In this document: positions 45,514 through 54,908 of the stretch, in pieces
How the letters are laid out: every line of letters begins with the position of its first letter
Numbering within the stretch: the stretch's first letter is position 1
Origin: Terriglobia bacterium
GTDB lineage: Bacteria > Acidobacteriota > Terriglobia > Acidiferrales > UBA7541
Assembly (NCBI GenBank): GCA_020073375.1
Contig: JAIQFG010000007.1
Coordinates: 30,762-94,761 of the forward strand
Direction of reading: 5' to 3'
Length of the DNA: 64,000 nt
Program-made: the position numbers and the translations under genes
Notes under the pieces: model-generated
What the model was told of the DNA's origin: nothing
Database searches by the model: none
What the model saw: the letters and a program-made list of their open reading frames with translations, nothing else

Positions 45514-46761
45514 ATGAAGCGAAATCTATATGTTGGAGCGATATTTCTGGGGCTCTTGGCTGCGCTTGGAGTGGGATCGACTCTGCTTCAGAAGCGAGCC
45601 GCTGTCGAGGCCGCCGCGGTTCAGGCGCCGATGTTTGAAGTCGATCCGCTGTGGCCAAAGCCGTTGCCGAACCATTGGCTCATCGGAATGACCATCGGCG
45701 TGTCCGTTGACGCGCAGGACAACGTCTGGATCGTTCACCGCCAGGGTTCGCTGGAACCAGGCGAGCTGCACGCCGCCACGAACCCGCCGCTAGCTCAATG
45801 TTGCATGGCAGCTCCGCCGGTTCTGGAGTTTGATCCGGCGGGAAACCTGCTCCACCACTGGGGCGGACCCGGAAACGGCTACGATTGGCCGGATTCAAAC
45901 CACGGAATTACCATCGATTACAAAGGCAACGTCTGGATTGGCGGCAACGGCCGGGGCCGTCAGGCCGCACGGCCCGCGGGCGGAGCGCCCGACGAATCCG
46001 CAGCGTCCGCAACCCAGTCTTACCTCGACAATCAGGTTTTGAAATTTACGCAAGACGGCAACTTCCTGATGCAAATCGGCAAGCCCCACAGCAGCAAGGG
46101 CAGCAACGATATCGAAAATCTTCGTCTGCCTGCCAAAACGTTCATCGACAAGCAGACCAATGAAGTGTACGTCGCCGACGGTTACGGCAATCATCGCGTG
46201 ATCGTGTTCGACGCGGACACCGGCGCCTACAAGCGGCACTGGGGCGCCTATGGCCACAAGCCCGATGATACTGACCTCGGCAATTACAATCCGGATGCGC
46301 CGCCGGCCCAGCAGTTCCGCAACCCGGTGCATTGCGCCGATCTTTCGGTCGATCGCCTGGTGTATGTCTGTGATCGCGTGAACGACCGCATCCAGGTGTT
46401 CAAAACCGACGGAACCTTCGTAAAGGAAGGATTCATCGCCAAGCGCACGCTGGGCTCGGGTTCAGCGTGGGACATTGCGTTCTCCAAGGACCCACAGCAA
46501 AAATACATCTACCTGACCGATGGAGAGAACGATCGCATCCACATCCTGCTGCGCGATACGCTCGAAGTATTGACGACTTTCGGTGAGGGCGGACGCCAGC
46601 CGGGAGAATTCTACGGCCCGCACAGCATCGCCACCGATTCCAAAGGCAACATCTACGTAACGGAGACGTATCGCGGGCAGCGCGTTCAGAAATTCGTTTA
46701 CAAGGGATTGGGGCCGGTCACCAAGGAAGATCAAGGCGTTCTGTGGCCGACGAAGAAATAG
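45514..46761 (+). CDS. Secreted NHL-repeat propeller (paralog of 23398..24537)
   Basis: AGGAGG SD. MFEVDPLWPKPLPNHWLIGMTIGVSVDAQDNVWIVHRQG, NEVYVADGYGNHRVIVFD, LVYVCDRVNDRIQVF and GNIYVTETYRGQRVQKF. Confidence 0.8.
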   Translation: MKRNLYVGAIFLGLLAALGVGSTLLQKRAAVEAAAVQAPMFEVDPLWPKPLPNHWLIGMTIGVSVDAQDNVWIVHRQGSLEPGELHAATNPPLAQCCMAAPPVLEFDPAGNLLHHWGGPGNGYDWPDSNHGITIDYKGNVWIGGNGRGRQAARPAGGAPDESAASATQSYLDNQVLKFTQDGNFLMQIGKPHSSKGSNDIENLRLPAKTFIDKQTNEVYVADGYGNHRVIVFDADTGAYKRHWGAYGHKPDDTDLGNYNPDAPPAQQFRNPVHCADLSVDRLVYVCDRVNDRIQVFKTDGTFVKEGFIAKRTLGSGSAWDIAFSKDPQQKYIYLTDGENDRIHILLRDTLEVLTTFGEGGRQPGEFYGPHSIATDSKGNIYVTETYRGQRVQKFVYKGLGPVTKEDQGVLWPTKK

Positions 46762-46810
46762 GCAGGAATTCCGCCGGCTAAAGATTTCTAGTCCCATGGA
46801 GGATTTTGTA

Positions 46811-47323
46811 ATGACAAAATTTCGCGTGCTGTTTGTGGTGGCCCTGATGGCCGTGGCGTCGTTCGCCCACGCACAGGATTCGATGAAGAAGGGCGACAAG
46901 GCCTGGACGGATTTGGAAAAGCAACTCGCGGACGTCAACGACTATTGGGTCTGCGCCCACAAGTACCACAAGAATCACGCCCAGGATTGCGTCGACGCCA
47001 AAAATGCGATTTGGCCCGCTGCATTCTTTGAAATCAGCATGCAAGGGGAAGTCACCGACAAGCAAGAAATGGTGAAGCGGCAGACCGCGACCGCCACGGC
47101 TCATCCGGTTTCTCCCGGTGACGCCGGGCCAAATCCTCAGGACTTCAAGTTGATGGCGGTCTACGGGAACGTCGCACTCGCGACGGATCGCACCGTTTTC
47201 AAAGCCGCCGACGACAGCGGCAAGATATCGGTAAGGGACGAGGCAACGGTGCTCCGAATGTTCGTCAAGCTGAACGGCAAGTGGGTGCCTGCAGGCGCCG
47301 CACTAGTGCCCGTGAAACCGTAA
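46811..47323 (+). CDS. Secreted NTF2-like (DUF4440-type) protein, copy 6
   Basis: ORF 46796..47323, ATG 46811 preceded by GGAGGA. WTDLEKQLADVNDYWVCAHKYHKNHAQDCVDAKNAIWPAAFFEI...LRMFVKLNGKWVPA. Confidence 0.8.
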   Translation: MTKFRVLFVVALMAVASFAHAQDSMKKGDKAWTDLEKQLADVNDYWVCAHKYHKNHAQDCVDAKNAIWPAAFFEISMQGEVTDKQEMVKRQTATATAHPVSPGDAGPNPQDFKLMAVYGNVALATDRTVFKAADDSGKISVRDEATVLRMFVKLNGKWVPAGAALVPVKP

Positions 47324-47429
47324 TGGCGCTGGCCCCCGCCATGGCCTGGTCCTTGAATTGAGTTACTTTCGGGGCTAACACAATATTCCAACGTGGATTT
47401 GCGGGAACAATTGGCAGGGAGAAGATGCC

Positions 47430-48626
47430 ATGAACATGAGGAAATCGGCGGCGCTACTCTCGGCGCTGGCAGCAGTTCTTGTCGGCGTCTGGTTTAGATC
47501 GAACGCCCAGAATGGCGCTGTAGCCATTCCCCTGAAATCGGTCCCGACTTTTTCCACCGCCAACATCGGGCGCCAAGGCCATTTTTATGTGGGAGGCAAG
47601 TGGGTGGGGGAGCCTGGCAAGGAAACCATGGATGGTGCGATGTATGTTGAAGTATGGGTGCCGAAGGATATCGGACATCCCTATCCGATCGTGTTCGTAA
47701 CCGGCGGAGGGGGGCAAGGTGCGTATAGCATGATTCAAACGCCGGACGGGCGTCCGGGTTGGGCCTATGATTTCGTCAACCAAGGCTATACCGTGTATTT
47801 GATGGACTATCCAGGGACAGGGCGTTCGGCGTATGTTCCCGGAGTTGACGGCACGGTGACACCTCCACGTTCAGGTCCACTGATGGAGGAGGTCTGGTCG
47901 GGTGGCCGTCCGGCCGCAACTCCGCAGAGCAGTTGGCCTCAGGCAAAAAAGTATACCCAGTGGCCTAGCGATGCGCCGAATAAGGGGAAAATGGGCGACC
48001 CGGTGTTCGACTATTTCGCGAAGACCGAACTCCAGGCGGTGGCCAGTCCAAATAACGCACAGATTATTACAGACACTGTTGTGCAATTATTGGATCTGAT
48101 CGGCCAGCCAGTCGTCCTGATGGTCAACTCTGGGGTCGCATCTTCCGGATGGGTGGCCGCAGATGCCCGGCCGAAACTGGTCAAGGGCATCCTCGCTGTC
48201 GAACCTGTCGCCCCGCCAGTCGAGAACGCGGAGAGGGGATCGACAGGGCCGGGACGTCTTTGGGGCGTGACCTCTCTTCCGATCCATTACGATCCTCCCA
48301 TCAAGGAGCCATCCGAATTGCGGCCTGTTCGTGAAGAGAAAGCGGATGGGCCAGACCTCATTCCATGCTGGATTCAGCAGGAACCCGCACACAAGCTCGT
48401 AAACTTGCAGGGTATCCCTGTCCTCGAAGTGTCCGGGGAGGCAAGCTACCACCGTCCGTACTCCCATTGCGTAGCCAAGTGGCTCAATCAGGCAGGTGTA
48501 AAGACCACTTATGTGAGGCTCGAGGATGTTGGCCTATCAGGCAACGGCCATCAAATGATGTCCGAAAAGAACAGCGCTGGTATCTCGAAGTATTTCATGA
48601 GCTGGCTCGATAAGAACGTTCACTGA
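47430..48626 (+). CDS. Exported ~400-aa alpha/beta-hydrolase-fold protein, paralog 1 of 3
   Basis: Signal/anchor MNMRKSAALLSALAAVLVGVWF. VPTFSTANIGRQGHFYVGGKWVGEPGKETMDGAMYVEVWVPK, elbow-like LMVNSGVASSGW and C-terminal VGLSGNGHQMMSEKNSAGISKYFMSWLDKNVH. Confidence 0.8.
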   Translation: MNMRKSAALLSALAAVLVGVWFRSNAQNGAVAIPLKSVPTFSTANIGRQGHFYVGGKWVGEPGKETMDGAMYVEVWVPKDIGHPYPIVFVTGGGGQGAYSMIQTPDGRPGWAYDFVNQGYTVYLMDYPGTGRSAYVPGVDGTVTPPRSGPLMEEVWSGGRPAATPQSSWPQAKKYTQWPSDAPNKGKMGDPVFDYFAKTELQAVASPNNAQIITDTVVQLLDLIGQPVVLMVNSGVASSGWVAADARPKLVKGILAVEPVAPPVENAERGSTGPGRLWGVTSLPIHYDPPIKEPSELRPVREEKADGPDLIPCWIQQEPAHKLVNLQGIPVLEVSGEASYHRPYSHCVAKWLNQAGVKTTYVRLEDVGLSGNGHQMMSEKNSAGISKYFMSWLDKNVH

Positions 48627-48719
48627 GGAGATGACAAACATCTAAGACTCTCACCTGCAGCGGCTCAAAACGCGGTAGAGGGCAAGTAGTACAAGTCCAC
48701 TTCTTGGAGGCGACACTCA

Positions 48720-49316
48720 ATGATAAAGGTTCGCGTGGCGTTAATAATTGGGCTTATGGCCATTTCATGCATGGCCTCGGCTCAAGAAACTATGAAGAAA
48801 GGCGACAAAGCTTGGACAGAATTGGAAGCGACGCTTAGAGACGCTAATCTCAAATGGCTGTGCCAGGGGAAGTACTATAAGCCGAAAAGACAAGATTGCG
48901 TGGATTTGCGGGCCAAGTATTGGGACGATCAATTCTTCGAGATGAACCCGGGGGCCAGCGGCACGCAAACCAAAGCACAGATGGTCGAGGGGCAAACCGC
49001 GGGCGCCAAGACTTACCCAGACGTCGTGCGTGGTGAGGGACCGAATCCAACTGAGTTTACGTTAATGGCGGTCTACAACAACGGAACCTTCGCGATGGCG
49101 GTCGATCACACCTCATTCAAAATACGCTTGAACGCACAAGGACAACCTGACTTCGAACATGTGTCCCCAACTAATAAAACCGGCCACTGGTTCCTAGATG
49201 AAAGCGGCAAGCTGGCCGTGGTACGGGAAGTTACTTACGCCCGCGTATTTGTTAAGAAAAACGGGGAGTGGAGACCTGCGGTCGGTGCTTCATCTCCTCG
49301 TGCACCATCGAAGTAA
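48720..49316 (+). CDS. Secreted NTF2-like (DUF4440-type) protein, copy 7 (with ~25-aa insertion)
   Basis: GGAGG SD. WTELEATLRDANLKWLCQGKYYKPKRQDCVDLRAKYWDDQFFEM...FTLMAVYNNGTFAMAVDHTSFK + inserted IRLNAQGQPDFEHVSPTNKTGHWFLDESGK + YARVFVKKNGEWRPA. Confidence 0.8.
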   Translation: MIKVRVALIIGLMAISCMASAQETMKKGDKAWTELEATLRDANLKWLCQGKYYKPKRQDCVDLRAKYWDDQFFEMNPGASGTQTKAQMVEGQTAGAKTYPDVVRGEGPNPTEFTLMAVYNNGTFAMAVDHTSFKIRLNAQGQPDFEHVSPTNKTGHWFLDESGKLAVVREVTYARVFVKKNGEWRPAVGASSPRAPSK

Positions 49317-49475
49317 ATTCGAATTAAGCGAGGCGCATAACGTAAAATCCGGTATTGGTGTTTCTCTTGCTTATAAGGGGCAGTTTGCTCCGGTGGCAAT
49401 GGTTCGTCCCGTACCTGCTAGCGACTACCCATACGATGCAGTGCACCACTTACAGCGGCGCGGGACCGATCTTAG

Positions 49476-49835
49476 ATTCGCAGGATTGGGTATTTACAGC
49501 AGCTAAGGGAGGCGGAAGCTGCCCCGAGACCGCAAGCCAATGTGCCGAAGTTCGAGGTTGATCCTTTTTGGCCCAAGCCGCTCGGGAACATGTGGGTAAC
49601 GGGCGAAGTGGCCGGCACTTGCGTGGACGCTCAGGACCATGTGTTCATCGTGAATCGAAACAATTTGACACCGGACGAATTGAGAAATTCGCGGCCGTCA
49701 CCCGCGATCATCGAATTCGATCCCCAAGGCACTGTGGTCAATTCCTGGGGCGACAGGAAAATTCTCCCCACCGGAAGTCTCCATGGCTGCACGATCGGCG
49801 GCGAGGGTAGCAATTGGCGGGGACGATGCCATTAA
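49476..49835 (+). pseudogene. Truncated NHL-propeller gene (N-terminal third only, no signal peptide)
   Basis: LQQLREAEAAPRPQANVPKFEVDPFWPKPLGNMWVTGEVAGTCVDAQDHVFIVNRNN...IEFDPQGTVVNSWG...HGCTIGGEGSNW parallels residues ~25-135 of the 45514 protein. The frame is closed by TAG at 49473 upstream and stops at 49835. Confidence 0.65.
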
Positions 49836-49995
49836 TCCGGTCGGACGTGGCTACCCCTGAGGGCGCGGGAGCGAACGCACTCCCACCTGCCGCGAACTAG
49901 AATGCTTAGCATTTCGCGCTGTATTAGATCTCTTACGTATGGTTTGCACGGAATCTCAATATGAAAAATCAAGAGACACGAGGAAAGGGGATTTC

Positions 49996-51228
49996 ATGAC
50001 CTGGAAGAGACTGACCCCTGTACTCTCAGCGCTGGCTGTGGTTCTTGCGGGCGTCTGGTTTGCCATGAGATCTCATGCCGTCGGCGCTGTTCCCGGATCA
50101 TCGATCCCCACATTCTCCACTGCTGAAATCGGGAGGGAAGGGCATTTCTATGTAGGCGGCCATTACGTGGGCGAGCAGGGCAACGAAACGATGCACGGCG
50201 CCATGTACGTGGAAACGTGGGTACCCAAGAAAGTCCGGCATCCCTATCCGATCGTAATTATCGGCTTCAGTGTGGGACAGGACGAGTATGAATTTATGCA
50301 AACGCCTGACGGCCGGCCGGGCTGGGCATACGACTTTGTGAATCAGGGCTACACTATTTACATGATGGATTTTCCGGGGCTGGGGCGCGCGGGATTTATT
50401 CCCGGCGTGGACGGCGAGCCTACGCCCCAGCGCTCCACCAATCTGATCGAGGAGATCTGGACCGGCGGGCGATCACCCGCTTCGGAGTGGAGTAAAGAAC
50501 AGCATGTCCGCGAGAAGCGAGTACAAGAATTCGCAGACTGGCCGCAATGGAAAAAGGAAACGCAGTGGCCAGGGGAGTCGGGTAAAGGAAAAAAGGGCGA
50601 ACCGGCCTTCGACTACTACGCCAAAATGGAAGTGAACGGCGTGTCTAAGTTCGATTTGGAAGGCAAAGATACACGCGACGACCTCGTTCAGCTCCTGGAC
50701 ATGATCGGCACACCGGTCGTCCTGTTGCTCCACTCAGGTTCCGCGGTGGGTTGGCTGGTAGCGGACTCGCGGCCGCAACTCGTCAAAGCGATCATCGCGG
50801 CGGAACCGAACTCGCCTCCGATCATGAACGCAGAGCGGGGTGTGGCGGGGCCGGGAAATGTGTGGGGCTTGACGCGGACGTTCATTCACTATGATCCTCC
50901 AATCACTGAAGCTTCGGAATTGCTCCCTGTTCGCCAGGAGATAGCGGACGGCCCGGACCTTCTTCCGTGTTGGGTGCAGAGCGAACCCGCGCATAAGCTC
51001 GCCAATCTGAAGGCGATCCAAGTGTTGAACGTTACCGGGGAGGCGAGTTACCACCGCCCTTACGCTCACTGTGAAGCCAAGTGGCTCAATCAGGCGGGCG
51101 TAAAGACCACGTTTGTGAAACTCGAAGACGTTGGATTGTCCGGTAACGGGCACCAGATGATGTCGGAAAAGAACAGCGCGGAAATTGCGAGGTACTTCAT
51201 GGGCTGGCTCGACAAGAACGTCCAGTGA
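49996..51228 (+). CDS. Exported ~400-aa alpha/beta-hydrolase-fold protein, paralog 2 of 3
   Basis: ORF 49939..51228, ATG 49996 (MTWKRLTPVLSALAVVLAGVWF). IPTFSTAEIGREGHFYVGGHYVGEQGNETMHGAMYVETWVPK, LLLHSGSAVGW and VGLSGNGHQMMSEKNSAEIARYFMGWLDKNVQ. Confidence 0.8.
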   Translation: MTWKRLTPVLSALAVVLAGVWFAMRSHAVGAVPGSSIPTFSTAEIGREGHFYVGGHYVGEQGNETMHGAMYVETWVPKKVRHPYPIVIIGFSVGQDEYEFMQTPDGRPGWAYDFVNQGYTIYMMDFPGLGRAGFIPGVDGEPTPQRSTNLIEEIWTGGRSPASEWSKEQHVREKRVQEFADWPQWKKETQWPGESGKGKKGEPAFDYYAKMEVNGVSKFDLEGKDTRDDLVQLLDMIGTPVVLLLHSGSAVGWLVADSRPQLVKAIIAAEPNSPPIMNAERGVAGPGNVWGLTRTFIHYDPPITEASELLPVRQEIADGPDLLPCWVQSEPAHKLANLKAIQVLNVTGEASYHRPYAHCEAKWLNQAGVKTTFVKLEDVGLSGNGHQMMSEKNSAEIARYFMGWLDKNVQ

Positions 51229-51322
51229 GCGGGATGAACGTTCTATAGACTCGATGCAATCTCGCATCCTCCCAGCACGTGAAGAATTTGGAGAACGAAC
51301 GGATACCCCGAGAGGAGATGTC

Positions 51323-52552
51323 ATGAACAGAAAGACTTTGACGGTGGCACTCTCAGTAGTGGCTGGGGCTCTTGTCGTCGGCTACTTTGCAATGAGGTCG
51401 TATCCTGTCGGCGCTGCTCCTGGCGCATCGATTCCAACATTTTCCACCGCGGAGATTGGGCGCCAAGGCCACTTCTACATCGGCGGCAAATATGTTGGGG
51501 AGCCCGGCAACGAGACGATGCACGGCGCCATGTACGTGGAAACCTGGGTACCGAAAAACATCCGGCATCCCTATCCCGTCGTGTTCGTAACTGGAGGAGG
51601 CGGCCAGGGAGCTTACGCACTCATCCAGACCCCGGACGGACGGCCGGGCTGGGCATATGATTTTGTCAATCAGGGCTACACGGTGTACATGATGGATTAC
51701 CCGGGTAACGGTCGTTCGGCCTACGTTGTCGGCGTTGACGGCAAGGTCACGCCGCCTCGGTCGGGCCCGCTGATGGAAGAGGTCTGGTCCGCCGGGCGCT
51801 CCCCGGCATCGGAGTGGGCCAAACAGTTACATATTCAGGAACACCGGGACCAGGCCGGTGCGGAATGGCCGCAGTACAAGAAGCAAACGCAATGGCCCGG
51901 AGAGGGTCCGAACAAAGGCAAAATGGGCGATCCCGTTTTCGATTATTTCGCCAAGACCGAGCTCCAGAGCGCCGCAGTAGATCAGAACGTTACGGTGGAT
52001 TCCATCGAGCAACTGTTGGACGCCATCGCTCAGCCAGTGATCCTCGTCTTCCACTCCGGTACGGCATCCACTGGCTGGAGGGTGGCCGACGGCCGATCGC
52101 AGCTCGTGAAAGCCATCGTTGCGGCCGAGCCAGTTGGGCCGCCAGTTCAAAACGCGGAGCGTGGTTCATCCGGCCCAGGGCTGGTGTGGGGACTGAGCAA
52201 CGCTCCGTTACACTATGAGCCCGCGATCACGGATCCCGCGGCATTGAATCCCGTTCGCGAAGACAAGGCCGACGGGCCAGAATTGGTCCCTTGCTGGGTG
52301 CAGAAGGAACCCGCTCACAAGCTGACCAACCTGGCGAACATTCCCGTTCTCGATGTCGCGGGCGAGGGCAGCTATCATCGCCCGTGGGCACATTGCGTAG
52401 CCAAATGGCTCAATCAGGCTGGAGTCAAGACGACGTTCGTTGGGCTTGAGACAGTGGGACTCACCGGCAATGGCCACCAGTTCATGTCCGAAAAGAACAG
52501 CGCCGGAATCGCCAAGTTCTTCATGAGCTGGCTCGACAAAAACGTACACTGA
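51323..52552 (+). CDS. Exported ~400-aa alpha/beta-hydrolase-fold protein, paralog 3 of 3
   Basis: ORF 51185..52552, ATG 51323 preceded by GAGGAG (MNRKTLTVALSVVAGALVVGYF). IPTFSTAEIGRQGHFYIGGKYVGEPGNETMHGAMYVETWVPK, LVFHSGTASTGW and VGLTGNGHQFMSEKNSAGIAKFFMSWLDKNVH. Confidence 0.8.
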   Translation: MNRKTLTVALSVVAGALVVGYFAMRSYPVGAAPGASIPTFSTAEIGRQGHFYIGGKYVGEPGNETMHGAMYVETWVPKNIRHPYPVVFVTGGGGQGAYALIQTPDGRPGWAYDFVNQGYTVYMMDYPGNGRSAYVVGVDGKVTPPRSGPLMEEVWSAGRSPASEWAKQLHIQEHRDQAGAEWPQYKKQTQWPGEGPNKGKMGDPVFDYFAKTELQSAAVDQNVTVDSIEQLLDAIAQPVILVFHSGTASTGWRVADGRSQLVKAIVAAEPVGPPVQNAERGSSGPGLVWGLSNAPLHYEPAITDPAALNPVREDKADGPELVPCWVQKEPAHKLTNLANIPVLDVAGEGSYHRPWAHCVAKWLNQAGVKTTFVGLETVGLTGNGHQFMSEKNSAGIAKFFMSWLDKNVH

Positions 52553-52787
52553 GGCATGACAGGGTCGTCGGAGCGTAAGTATGGTGATTGTCAGTACCGG
52601 GAAGCTTTTAAGCGGATAAGTAAAGAGCGGGTCAGCGTATCGAGGGAATCTACGGAAGCGTAAACGGCAATGGAAGGCGCTCGGGGAGTGCTTCGTTGCG
52701 CAAGGCGTGAATTGTATATGGCAATATGCACCTGCCAAAGTAAAGTTCTGCCCGCGGCACAGAATATCGACGACAATCCAGATAGTT

Positions 52788-54839
52788 TTATTGCACAACA
52801 ACTCTCGCCCGAGTTGGTTGGAGAGCGGTCCTGGACTGAGCAGCGAGAAGGTGCAGCTTGACGCCAAGAGCTCTACGCGCGTCGATCATCGCCTGGGCAT
52901 TACCGTTAAATGTGTATGGATTGGTGATAAATGATTCGGCCGTTGTTCTGGCGAAAGTTGCATATCCTGCCTTATCCAAAGCGGCCAAGTACTCGTAGTC
53001 CTGCATTCCATCACGGATATGTTTGAGCCGGATACTGGGAAGAGGAATGGGGGACGTGCCTCCGATCTTCTCCGGGGTTCCTGGATACTCCAAAGTGCCA
53101 TCCCCGTTGCCACCAAAGATGTAGACGCTTTTCCAAGGGTCGGCCGAAGTCATGGGGTAGCCACAGGGAGTGCTCCAGCAGAAGTCGGTGAAATAGTAGA
53201 GTTCGGTCTCGATGCCATACAGGTATGCCAACCATTGGAAGACGCGATTACGGACGGCTGTGGCATCAATCATATAGCTACCGTATGTTTGGTTGGTGCC
53301 GCCCGGTTTTCCATTGTCACAGGTACTGGCTTCATCGCAAGACTGATACCACCAAAGGTGATGGCCTGGTGCGGCAAGCCATTTGTCGTATGTAGGTCTT
53401 TGATTTGTTCCGGATAAGCCGTCCATTTGATCAACGACAGGTGAAAGAATGTCAATTGAAGACAGCACGTCCTGGGCGGTTGCCTTGCGAATGCTTGTTG
53501 TGACCAGCGCCTGCATTGGGGGAACGACTGCGTGAGCCGCAGTTGCTTTGGGAATAATGTCAGCCCAACTGCAGTTCTCCGGCGGCTCATCGCATGTATA
53601 GTCATACAGCCTGGGCGTCCATCCCTGGCGCTGAAAGTTACTTGCCCACTGTTGTCGAGTCGCGTTCCCGCCACCGTTAAATTCAATGGTCGTTAATTGC
53701 GCGCCTGCCAGCATTGTCTTTGTGTTCGCGATTGTTCCGTTCAGGAGCGGGCCATAGAGGTTATTGAAAGAAGCCCAATGATTGTCGTACGGCGTGGTGA
53801 ACACGAGGTTCGCGAGAGACACGCGGTGGTCCAGAAACATTACAGCCTGATCCACGTGGGACAAATCAACGCCGGTGTCCCATTTCCCATGGGCTCCCGG
53901 GTAGGATCCGCAGTTGGTTTCGCTGCCATAGGCCTGAACGCATAGGCCATATCCCGTTAGCCTGAACGCTGATTTCAAAGTGGGTGTTGATGGAAGAGCA
54001 AAGTTCCATACTTCCAGCATGACAGGAAGCGTGGCAATCGTCTTGTCGCCGTCGGTAACGGTGACCGCCCCCAAGTAGTATCCGGACGGAGCATTGGCCG
54101 GAACCAGTACGTCAATCCAAGCACTCTGATTCCTGTGCGCGGCAATTGTAAACGGAAAGGCGTTCCGGGCCTGACGATAGTACGGGTCGATCGCAGGAAT
54201 GAGGATGTCGGGAGTGAGGCCGAGAGTTCCGCTGGCATTCGAGCGCGTGGTGATATTCATGTACGCTTCGCGGTACACAATGATGTTTGTGAGATGTGAG
54301 ATATGGGTGCCGGTTTGATTGTTCACGAGGTCGCTTACTGTGACGCCCAGCGATATCGGGGTATCTCCTGCTTGCACGTGGACCTGAAAATCACCGAACT
54401 CGTTCTTGGCCGCTGAAAGAATCGCCCAGTGAACTGCATCGGGAGATCCAGTATCTTGATGCACCTTTTGCATGGAATCGCTAACCCATACATTGCTGGG
54501 ATAATCGTGCGGATTGGTATTGATCTTGGGGCGATAGAAAGGGTCGAGAGGATCCGCATGGGCTGGGGAACTCTGGATCTGCGGTGCGTCTACCAAGGCC
54601 GCGCTCATCGTTGCTCGCGGAGGAAATGGAATTATCAACGGCAGAACCGTGGAGATGACTAGTAATCCGATGCTCAAAACGAGACCGCGCCAGAGCATAG
54701 CCCGCAACTGGTTGCTCCGCAGGAACAATCCCAGTAGGTAACTCAATGCGAAACTGAAAATCAGGAGGCCGGGGAATTGTATCCTCCAATTTGCGTGGGG
54801 TAAGTGGTAAGCGACAAACAATAGGAGTTGGCGAGGCAT
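52788..54839 (-). CDS. Membrane-anchored DUF4091/GH123-like glycoside-hydrolase-like protein
   Basis: N-terminal TM helices. The C-terminal HHLWWYQSCDE...YMIDATAVRNRVFQWLAYLYGIETELYY...GGNGDGTLEYPG...PSIRLKHIRDGMQDYEYL resembles the DUF4091 signature. The family call is tentative. Confidence 0.65.
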   Translation of the reverse strand: MPRQLLLFVAYHLPHANWRIQFPGLLIFSFALSYLLGLFLRSNQLRAMLWRGLVLSIGLLVISTVLPLIIPFPPRATMSAALVDAPQIQSSPAHADPLDPFYRPKINTNPHDYPSNVWVSDSMQKVHQDTGSPDAVHWAILSAAKNEFGDFQVHVQAGDTPISLGVTVSDLVNNQTGTHISHLTNIIVYREAYMNITTRSNASGTLGLTPDILIPAIDPYYRQARNAFPFTIAAHRNQSAWIDVLVPANAPSGYYLGAVTVTDGDKTIATLPVMLEVWNFALPSTPTLKSAFRLTGYGLCVQAYGSETNCGSYPGAHGKWDTGVDLSHVDQAVMFLDHRVSLANLVFTTPYDNHWASFNNLYGPLLNGTIANTKTMLAGAQLTTIEFNGGGNATRQQWASNFQRQGWTPRLYDYTCDEPPENCSWADIIPKATAAHAVVPPMQALVTTSIRKATAQDVLSSIDILSPVVDQMDGLSGTNQRPTYDKWLAAPGHHLWWYQSCDEASTCDNGKPGGTNQTYGSYMIDATAVRNRVFQWLAYLYGIETELYYFTDFCWSTPCGYPMTSADPWKSVYIFGGNGDGTLEYPGTPEKIGGTSPIPLPSIRLKHIRDGMQDYEYLAALDKAGYATFARTTAESFITNPYTFNGNAQAMIDARRALGVKLHLLAAQSRTALQPTRARVVVQ

Positions 54840-54908
54840 GACGTTCCGAGTGGCCGGCTTCAGGGAAAATCGGGACTTAGCCTAATGGATGGCTGCCCTG
54901 TTCATTAC

